A DNA stretch of 64,000 bases from Callorhinchus milii (lineage: Eukaryota): NCBI RefSeq assembly GCF_018977255.1, contig NW_024704752.1, positions 9,610,001-9,674,000 on the forward strand. Direction: 5' to 3'. The notes under the pieces are model-generated. The model was given only the letters and a program-made list of their open reading frames with translations. It was not told the origin of the DNA and ran no database searches. This document shows positions 9,201-18,300 of the stretch, in pieces. The position numbers and the translations under genes were made by a program. How positions within the stretch are numbered: position 1 is the first letter of the stretch; each line of letters begins with the position of its first letter.

Positions 9201-12200
9201 CCATGGCTCCGTTCGACTGCAGGTGTGACTATCATGTCAGACAATTGACATGGTCATATCTATGATGTAACACGTCCACCTTTTAGGTTTTCATTGATCA
9301 GAAAATCATATTTGAAAAGCTGAAAATCTAGAAACAATTTTTTGCCAGGTAGTATTGTGTAATACTATCAGTAATATCTGCTGATGTAAATGGCTGACTT
9401 GCTTTATATAACAACTTGATTTATATAGCGTCCTGGAGTGCTTTGTACTGTAAGTTCTGTTGCTGTATGTACAGTGATGCAATAGTTTGTGACGAGCAGA
9501 ATACATTTACTAGTCGTTTGCAGGTTAAGTTACAGCTTAGCAGATAAGTGCTCTGTTGTCGTTCCCCCTGCAGAAATTGAATTGTTTCATACTATCCCTG
9601 ACTGCTTTCCTCCTCCAGCTGGCAGGGACGCTTGGGAACGAACAATGCTTCCAGCAGCCTTTTCTGTGATCTAACTTTAAGACAGCCACAACTCCCTTCT
9701 TTTGAGAATATAATCAATAACAGGATAACTAGCAGTTAACTTAATTGAAGGATTTGAGCTGTCTTATATTTAGTATTGTTTCCATTTTCAAAGTAACACC
9801 GTCACCCCTGGTGGTAAACCAAACAAGACTCGTGTCATCTGGGGAAAGGTAACACGTGCTCATGGCAACAGCGGAATGGTCCGCGCCAAGTTCAGCAGCA
9901 ACCTACCCGCAAAGGCCATAGGACACAGAATCCGTGTGGTAAGTGGATTTCAAAGCTTTTCTGTGACAAAAACATTCAAAGGGGGATATTCGCCCTTTTC
10001 TCTTTGGGCTAGATTTGGAGGAGGTGCCGTTCTTCCAATTTTCAGTTAGGTGTGTTAATTTATGATGAAGTAAGAGCACCGGTTACTCATTGGAACATCT
10101 CTTAAGCAGCTATTTGCTTGCAATGCTATCAAAGAATGTCTTTGAAATGTCTCAAAGTGCTTCACAGAATATACATTAAAGTGAATTGACTGTAAATTTT
10201 GTGGGTGAAAAGCGGCAGCCAATTGTGCACAACAGTGTCCCACAAACAGTTATGGACTGAGTGACCAAATTATTTATTTTGAAAGGATTATTACCCTTGC
10301 CTTGTAGACAGTAGCTGTACTACTGTTAAGTCCTCGAGGAAGTCTATTGAGCTGGGTGCCGATGAAATCGGGTAAACTGGTTTGGAAGAAGTTACTTGAG
10401 TAAAGAATTGCATTGAAATCCTGCTGGTTGTCAGGTGTGCAGTTTATTATAAGTGTTGAGATGAGGGCTGCTGTTGAGGATTCTAGATAAAGAATGGCAG
10501 GTTAAGTTACAGCTGAGCTGTTTAGTGCTGTGCTGTCGTTCCCCCTGCAGATATTGAGTTGTTTCATACTATCCCTGACTGCTTTCTTCATCCAGCTGGC
10601 AGGGACGCTTGGGCACATACATGATTGCATGCTGAGGGAGTCTTTTCTTTCCAAGGGTTTGTTTGAGATGAAATATTTTATAGATGTTTTGCTTGTCAAA
10701 ACAACTATAATCCAGTGTCACTCCTTTAGGCTGTGTGATTTCATCTGTGAGGTTGAAATTGCGGTGAGCAGGTTGTCTCTAATCTTCAACTGTCAATATT
10801 TATATTGGCATTTGAGTTGAAACAGTTGAGGTCCAATTGATCACTGGGCACAAGAATGCTGCTCCGAAACTGCCCCTGGTAGAGGCCAGGCATGGTTTGT
10901 TTTGGCATTTCTGGGTTATGCATTATTCAGGTAGGGTATGTAGTGAGATTGGAATTTTAGGTAATCCATTGAGTAACATCCAAGTAATCTTTATGCCACT
11001 CATCATTTCAGGATATTGTTCACCTGGCTTGTGTTTGCACACTGGCCTGGAAATGAGCTCTAGTGTTGCAGGCAAATATAGTTCCCCTGATGTTAGAACT
11101 GGCTCTGTTGATTTGAGACTGAATTGCAATTTTTAGTGAAAATATGGAAATGGATAAACTGCAAACCTGAAACAGAAGCTGGAATTGTTCATTGTGTCAA
11201 TCAGTTTTAGGAAACTGATCAGTGTCAATCCTATGCTCACTCTATAGCCAAGGGGCAGGCAGATCTATAGTACTGCTGATGACAGACCAGCCACCCTGGC
11301 TCATTGGCAGCACTTGGAGGGACAGGGCAATGGTTCTTCCCACTTGGCTCCTGTCTACTCTGCAAGCCAAAGCACCAGTGGGTAGTATGGTCCTAGCTGG
11401 ACAAGCAGTGGGAAGCTTCCCAATCAATGCTTTCAGTGGGAAGCTGTATGGTTTTAGATGGTTAACTCGAGCATTACCGCAAGAGATACTGAGGGATCTG
11501 CAAGCAAAATTTATTGCTTGCAGATCAAATTCATGCCATCTGGCGTCTAATAGTTTCTGGAATTAGGTGAGCAGTATGCCTTGGGGATAGCGTTCCATTC
11601 AAGGGAATGTCCATGTGTTAGGTGGCATGTGTAGTAGTCTTATCTGGTTTGGATACTCTCAAGCACAGTGATTGGTTTCAGTGCCCGTTAGACACCTGAC
11701 TGACCCCCAAAAAATCTGATGAAGCATTGCATCCAAAGAATGTTAACCTCTCTCCAAAGCTGTATATTATAATAATAATTTTTGCATTTGATATAGTGCT
11801 TTTCATGTCTTCTCGTTGTCTCAAAGTTCTTCACAGAATATACTGTAAAGTGTATATTTTGGGGTGAAAATTTGCTGGTTCTTTCTAGTATCTTCTGTTT
11901 TTATTTTGAGGAAAATGAACTTCCTGTATTAGTTTATCTTTTCCCCATCCTGATTGTTGACTTTTATACTTCAAAATCAAGCTTCTTTCCAACTTGTTTT
12001 ATTAGACCTCGTTTTTAACAAAAAGCAGCTGAGTGGGGAAAATAGGAGGCTTTGACGAGTAGGTCAAACTGCTCCTGGAGTTGAGTCATTCAGTAGAACA
12101 AAAGCCCAGGGAGACTGTTCACAGATGGTTGAAACAAATTAGCTTGCTGGTGATTGATGCTCGATGGATTAAGAGTCCAGTGGTTTGACAAATAAATCTT

Positions 12201-12335
12201 CCAATTCTGAGTTTAGCAACTGCTTAAATCAAATAGTTTTTTTTCTGTCTGGGCAATGCTAAAAGCTTTTAAATCCCTGTTTAAAATGATCCCTTTTTTC
12301 TTCTATTCCAGATGCTGTATCCTTCAAGGATTTGA
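6292..12335 (+). CDS. RPL35A: 60S ribosomal protein L35a (eL33); coding exons 6292-6302, 8894-9046, 9794-9938, 12312-12335
   Basis: Spliced product [33 protein letters not shown]...[38 protein letters not shown]...GHRIRV-MLYPSRI* is typical RPL35A. Splice sites are canonical; AATAAA at 12359 and 12370. Confidence 0.98.
8205..8334 (+). ncRNA. SNORA63: H/ACA snoRNA SNORA63 (E3), copy 1, RPL35A intron 2
   Basis: Two hairpins (GCAGG...CCTGC; TCCCTG...CAGGGA) and ACA 3 nt from the end. Contains E3 signature strings TGTCGTTCCCCCTGC, TTGTTTC..ACTAT.CCTG and CAGGGACGCTTGG as recalled from human SNORA63. The 3' pocket CUAU/ACGCUUGG is complementary to 28S CCAAGCGU-UC-AUAG. Confidence 0.88.
9518..9647 (+). 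ncRNA. SNORA63: H/ACA snoRNA SNORA63 (E3), copy 2, RPL35A intron 3
   Basis: Near-identical to copy 1, with the same hairpins and guide pockets; ACA at 9642-9644. Confidence 0.88.
10495..10624 (+). ncRNA. SNORA63: H/ACA snoRNA SNORA63 (E3), copy 3, RPL35A intron 4
   Basis: Same structure. The 3' end GACGCTTGGGCACATACATGA is closest to the recalled human ending (GACGCUUGGUCUCAUACAUGU); ACA at 10619-10621. Confidence 0.9.
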
Positions 12336-12358
12336 AGCACAGTTGTACATAAGTGATT

Positions 12359-12375
12359 AATAAATCATCAATAAA
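12359..12375 (+). terminator. RPL35A polyadenylation signals (two AATAAA)
   Basis: AATAAA at 12359-12364 and 12370-12375, 24-35 nt after the stop, followed by a GT/T-rich downstream stretch. Confidence 0.8.
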
Positions 12376-13786
12376 AATATTAAATTGTTCAAGTTTCTAT
12401 GTTTCCTTTATTCAGTACTTTAAAGAATGGGATTCAGGAGTTCCAGAGTCCAATCTGATTGAACCTGAAACCAATTGGATCATTGATGTTAAATACAATA
12501 TTAAAGGTTCTTCAATAAATTTTGCTTATCAAATGAGTCTTGTCTAATCCAATTAGATTTCTGCAAATCTGTGTTTTGGTTTGTTTTAACACTTTCTGAA
12601 GTATTGGGTTCAATTTCCTATTTTAATATTCTATTGTGCTAACGGCTCCCAAATCCTTTTGTCCAGGCTGTGTTGGCCTCGGCTAATGTGACCACGGAAC
12701 ATAGCAACTAAGTAAACCTTAACGGCCATTTTGATTGTTTTATAACTTTCTTACATATTTATGAGCCTTATGCATGTGATCATATAGGTGTAAAGCAGAA
12801 GCTGGTATATTACTACATTGAAAATCATTTAGGGTGCCTTTTCTTTAATGAATTGTTATTAACCGACATGAACATTGCTTGAAACGGATTGTAGCCTGCC
12901 TCCATCTAGTGGCACGAACAGTTGCCAAACTGCTTGTGCAATTCTTTACAAAGTTAATTTTGAGCTTCTGTACTTCACCCGTTGAGATAAGACATTGAAT
13001 TTATGGTTGACAGGTTCAGCTAAGTGAGAGACCTGACCTGTTATTTAACATGTTTTCAGACTACGTTCAGAATTTGTATATTGGCTGAATTGAACAAAAA
13101 CATTTTGATCAGGAACTCTGCTCTGGCTGGGTCTTTGCCAGAGTGGGGCTGGGAAAATACAAACCAGCTTGATCCATTGCCAGATATTTACAAAGGCTCT
13201 TTTCTTCCCACTGACTGTGTGATACGTGTGAACAGTGTAGCGTTTTGCTATTTTTGATTTATAGGCAGGAGATCAAGCTTTACCTTCAGAAGCACTTCCT
13301 CCTGTAGTGAAAGGTGCTATATAATATGCAGTTTATTGTTGGGTTATGCCTTAAAGGAAGAGAAGCTTTATTGCAAAAAGGGGTCAAATTGTCTTAAGAC
13401 GTTAAAGCAATAAAGTACAGTGGAAACTCACTGCCCATGTACTATTCTGTATATGGCAAACATTTTAAATTCCGGTCCTGTTATAAGGCTTTTTTATTTT
13501 AATTCTTGAGTCAAGTTTGCCAGTTTACATTTCCAAGACCTGGGTCAGGATCGCTTTCCCTCTCTTCTCCCCCCCCCACCCCACATTAAGCTTTTCTTAA
13601 TGAGAATGTTTAGCTTGATATACCTCCCCATTAGCGCAGAGCATTGTTCTATTATCCTTGTACTGTTTCTTGAACCCTCAATGTCCTTTTGAATGTCATT
13701 GCCCAAAAGTTCATACAGCAGTATTTACTCATGTACTCTGGAATTTATACAAGGATTAATTTCTTTCCAACTTGTAGTCGAATTGT

Positions 13787-14241
13787 AATAATCCTTGCTT
13801 TTGATTTCTTCAAGACATCTCAAAGCACTTAATAGAATACACTGTAAAGTGAATTAACTATTTGGGTGAAATGTGGCAGCCAATTGCGCACAGCAGTGTC
13901 CCACAAACAGCTGTGGATTGAAGTGACCAATTTATTATTTTTTTTCTTGAGAAATGATCAGGCGTGTGGAGTAATAATAATAAAATAATAATCCTTGCAT
14001 TTGATACAGCGGTTTTCACAGTCTTCTAGTTGTCCCAAAGCGCTTCACAGAATATTGTAAAGTGAATTGACTGTAAATTTGAGGGCCAAACATGGCAGCC
14101 AATTGCGCACAGCAGTGTCCTACAAACACAGTCGTGGATTGAGTAAGGAAACTTGCCCACGGTTTCGTCCTGCTGCGAATCAAACCCAGGTATCTCGCTT
14201 GTGAGGTGGGTGAGTGCTCTAACCACTAAGCTACACGACTC
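13787..14241 (-). mobile_element. Two tandem tRNA-derived SINE copies (truncated 13787-13975; internally deleted 13975-14241)
   Basis: Both show the reverse-complement tail AATAATCCTTGC and core GGCAGCCAATTGCGCACAGCAGTGTCC. The second keeps the tRNA-like head (GCTCTAACCACT.AGCTAC). Confidence 0.85.
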
Positions 14242-14244
14242 GAG

Positions 14245-14402
14245 TTGGAGGACGTCCTCTTGCAATTGTGGAGGACAAGTTTGCAGGACTATGGGGAGAG
14301 AGCAGGGGAGTGAGATTGGTTTGGATACCTCTTTTTGTTGCAAAGAGCCAGCACAGACACGATGGGCTGAATGGCCACCTTCCGTGCTCTATGATTCTAT
14401 GA
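14245..14402 (+). mobile_element. CR1-type LINE 3' end remnant
   Basis: GATGGGCTGAATGGCC...CTATGATTCTATGA, the 8-bp terminal repeat typical of CR1 3' ends. Confidence 0.65.
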
Positions 14403-14604
14403 AATTCCCTCGGGAATAAGCTGCATATTGTCTCCGCGAGGAGCGAGTAGGTCATACCAGGTGTTAGCACATCCTTGACTCGTTTCTTTCTCGGAGGTTG
14501 CAGAAACATGTCAAGATGCCCGTAAGCATTAAAGCTTTCCAGTTTCCTTGGTGGTCCAAGTCTCTTCCTTGTGGCCCTTTGGAGGCGTCTTATCCACTAC
14601 CATC

Positions 14605-15112
14605 CCACCCCCTCCCATCCTCTCCCCCCTCCCTCCCATCCTCTCCCCCCTCCCTCCCATCCTCTCCCCCCTCCCTCCCATCCTCTCCCATCCTCTCCCC
14701 CCTCCCTCCCATCCTCTCCCCCCTCCCTCCCATCCTCTCCCCCTCCCTCCCATCCTCTCCCCCCTCCCTCCCATCCTCTCCCATCCTCTCCCCCTCCCTC
14801 CCATCCTCTCCCCCCTCCCTCCCATCCTCTCCCCCCTCCCTCCCATCCTCTCCCCCCTCCTCCCATCCTCTCCCCCCTCCCTCCCATCCTCTCCCCCCCT
14901 CCCTCCCATCCTCTCCCCCCTCCCTCCCATCCTCTCCCCCCTCCCTCCCATCCTCTCCCCCCTCCCTCCCATCCTCTCCCCCCCTCCCTCCCATCCTCTC
15001 CCCCCCTCCCTCCCATCCTCTCCCCCCTCCCTCCCATCCTCTCCCCCCCTCCCTCCCATCCTCTCCCTCCCATCCTCTCCCCCCTCCCTCCCATCCTCTC
15101 CCCCCTCCCTCC
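14605..15112. repeat. About 21-bp polypyrimidine minisatellite (CCTCCCATCCTCTCCCCCCTC)n
   Basis: More than 20 near-perfect units over about 500 bp, almost pure C/T on the plus strand. It explains the six low-complexity ORFs here. Confidence 0.95.
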
Positions 15113-15204
15113 CCTTCCCCACCCCTCTCCCCTTCCCACCCCCTCTCCCCCCACCCCACCTCTCCTCTCCCCACCCGCCGGTGTGAATGTTACTTCAGTT
15201 ACAT

Positions 15205-15384
15205 GCGGTGACCCTGGGGGCGTGGCTTTGGATTAATGAATGAAAGGGGGCGGGGGCAGAGATGGTTTGTGACGTGTGTCCAGCCCCGCCCGCCCCGGTC
15301 CGGCGGCGCAGCTGATTGGCTGCTGGGGTTCCAGGAAGGCGGGGCCCGGGCGGAGGTTCCCCTCTGGGAGTGTGAACGTGACAA
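15205..15384 (+). promoter_or_regulatory. Proximal promoter of the C2orf72 homologue
   Basis: GC boxes GGGGCGTGGC (about 15217) and GGGGCGGGG (about 15247), CRE-like TGACGT (about 15270) and inverted CCAAT CTGATTGGCT (about 15312), at the start of a CpG island. Confidence 0.6.
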
Positions 15385-18300
15385 ATGGAGGACCGCGAGC
15401 AGCGACTCCCGGAGCGGCCACTGCCGACCGCGATCAGGGGGCAGCGGGGAGAGAGCCGACTCCCGGAGCGGCCACAGCGGGACCCGGGGCAGCGGGGAGA
15501 GAGCCGACTCCCGGAGCGGCCACAGCGGGACCCGGGGCAGCGGGGAGAGAGCCGACTCCCGGAGCGGCCACAGCGGGACCCGGGGCAGCGGGGAGAGAGC
15601 CGACTCCCGGAGCGGCCACAGCGGGACCCGGAGCAGCGGCAGCGGATTCAGGCGAAGCAGCAGCAGCAGCAGCGCCCGCGCCAGGGAGAGATCAGGGGGC
15701 ACCCGCCGGAGCAACGCGGGCAGACCCGAGGGCAGGAGTTGCTCGGAGCGCCGACGCAGCGGCCGGAGGGGAATCGCGGAGCGATCCGGGGACGAGGGGA
15801 GCAGCCGCTGGCACCGCCGGACCGGGAGCAACCGGAGCGGACGGACCGCGAGTTCGAGCAGCTGGTGCAGGCGATCGGCGGGCGGGAGCGGATCCTCCTG
15901 GTCGGGGAGCTGTGCGAGAGTCGGCAGCTCATGTTCCAGTTCGTCAAGGCGTTGTTTCCCAGACCGGAGGAGGCGGACAAGGAGCCCGAGCCTCGGCGGC
16001 TGCTGTCGCCGTGCCCGAGGGTCACCGAGCTGGTGAACGGCAGCCGGGAGCAGCGGCGCCTCCGAGCCCGTCTCCTGCTCTTCCTCTTCCGACAGGAGTT
16101 CCTGTGCAGCCGGAGAAACGAGCCGCTGATCCGGGAGCTGCTGCGGGACGTGCGCCAACGGTGCTGCTCCTGGGAGCCGCTACCGGGGCTCGTCGGGGTG
16201 GTTCACACCGAGTCCGACACACAGGGGGAAGATCTCAGCGCCGCGGTCCGGTTCATAGAGCACCAACTGCGGACCGTCTTTCACAGACACCCCAGCGACT
16301 GCGTCCAGGCGCTGCCCTTCGTCGCTGACCGGGTGGATTCGGTCAGGGAGCTGAAAAAAAGCAGCTGCGACGTGCTCCGAGCCTCGTCGGGGATCACATC
16401 AGGTGCGGTGCCTCGGTACCGGGTCGCACACACCCCGGTGCTGTTCTGTGGCAGAGGGCCACACGGTTGTTTTTAAGTCTTACCCATTCGATTCGTGTCT
16501 GGGCTGAAAGAGAGGGGGATGGGGGTGGGGGGTGGGTGGGGGGGTTGGGGGTGGGGGGTGGGGGTACTGGGGGGGGATCGGACACCATCCCGTGACCGGT
16601 GGCTCACGTTAGGGTACGAGGTGTGTTTGCGTGGATGTTGAGTCCTGTGGCTCAGTGGTTAGAGCACTCGCTTTGCAAGTGAGAGACCTGAGTTCAATCC
16701 CAGGCAGAGGGTGAAACCTTGGGCAAGTTTCCTTACTCCACACAGAGCCTAATAATAATCCTCCAAAACCAAAAACAATAATAAAAAAATTGGTCAGTTT
16801 CAATCCACGACTGTTTGCGGGACATTGCTGTGCGCAATTGGCTGCCGCGTTCGCCCACAAATGTACAGTCAATTCACTTTACAGTGTGTTCTGCGAAGCG
16901 CTTTGGGACATCCTCCCGACGTGAAAAGCGCTATATCAAATGCAAGGATTATTATTATTATTATTATGTTGATGGCGGTGCCTGACCCACGCGGTTGAAC
17001 ATCCTGCAACAGCTACTGTATCCATGACCGCGATACTGTACCGATAACAGCAGAAAGTGACCAAAATTTGAGTGTGTGGGGGAGGAGGAGGAGGAGTGGG
17101 GGTCGTGGGGGGGGGATATGCAACACAGATTATTCGGACCCTCTGGTAGAAGAAAGTTTTATTTTCTGAAAGCAGACAAGGGGTTTGGGACAACCCCAGA
17201 GTGACCCCCCACCCCCCCCCCCCTCATCTGTATTGATGAGTTCGATCCTCTCACATCAGTGTCACAGATTTATTTTGGGGGATACCCGAGTCAACCAGGA
17301 ATAAGAGGATTGATCCACAACTGGTGTGAGAATGATGTATTCCTCGTGGGAGTCCTTTCAGTTCTGAGGTGCCTACACCTGTATAGGGTTAAGCAAAAGG
17401 AAGAACAGTTGTGGGCAGAGAACCTTCTGTTCGGAACACATGTTAATCAATTCATCCTTGAGTTGCGCTGGAAGTGGTCCACATTGGACCGCTGTGTCCA
17501 TGGACCCCCCCACCCCGACAGCTCACCCACACCCCCATTTCAAGTGGTCCTTCTTTGCACATTGATCCCGACAGCTCAGCAGAGCCAGATCTGGCCAACA
17601 CATTTGAGCGTTTTGCTTCCAGCTCTATATGGCCACGTCTTGCATTGACCATTGCCTTCAGTAATTAAGCCCCCAAGGGGGTGGGGGGGATCCTGTAATA
17701 TTTAATCAGTAAAGGATTTAGGGAGACTTTAAACCGAAATGATCTGCTTACATTTCACAGTGTGTCAATGTATGCACGAGTGAACAGTTGTGGCGCTGAG
17801 CGAATAATGTCTTCATTCTATTGTAAAAACATTCAAACCGAGAAACTTGTTTAACCGAGAAGGCGCTAGAATTTGTTTTCAGTAACGGAAAAGGAGATGA
17901 AATCTTCTGATCCGAGCGGAGCTTCTTGTCTGGGAATGTTTGGTGGCAGTGCGACGTGTCAATTTACACTTCATAAAAACTGCTGAATGGAACCTTTCAT
18001 CGTCCTTGTTTCTGGCATCTCCTGGGTTTCCTCCATCAGCTGATCTGTGAGTGGAACAGTGACTGGAGGCAATTACAGTGAGCATGTTCCTTTGCTCTCC
18101 AGCCCAGAAAGCTGTTCAGCACCACTCCAGTTTAAATGTGCAACGAATAACTATTTATAATAATTGCGCGGTAACCACATTCAGTCAGTCGCCTCTGGGT
18201 CAGAAGGTCGTGGGTTCAAGCCCCAAATACGACTTTAAGCACACAGTCTAAACTGAGACTCCCAGGCAGCACTGCCAGAGTGCGGTCCTTCAGTAGAGAT

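Noticed and set aside
14498-15236. Six Pro/Ser- or Gly/Glu/Arg-rich ORFs
   Set aside because: Translations of the 21-bp C/T minisatellite; no splice or homology support.
15199-16328. Overlapping 266-350 aa ORFs in other frames and strand over C2orf72 exon 1
   Set aside because: Expected in a very GC-rich CpG island with a 48-bp repeat; only the 15385 frame has recognisable homology.
16640-16712. tRNA-Ala-like sequence (also 38434-38506, 52733-52805, 58110-58181, 26565-26640)
   Set aside because: No proper acceptor stem, and each continues into a SINE body; these are SINE heads, not tRNA genes.
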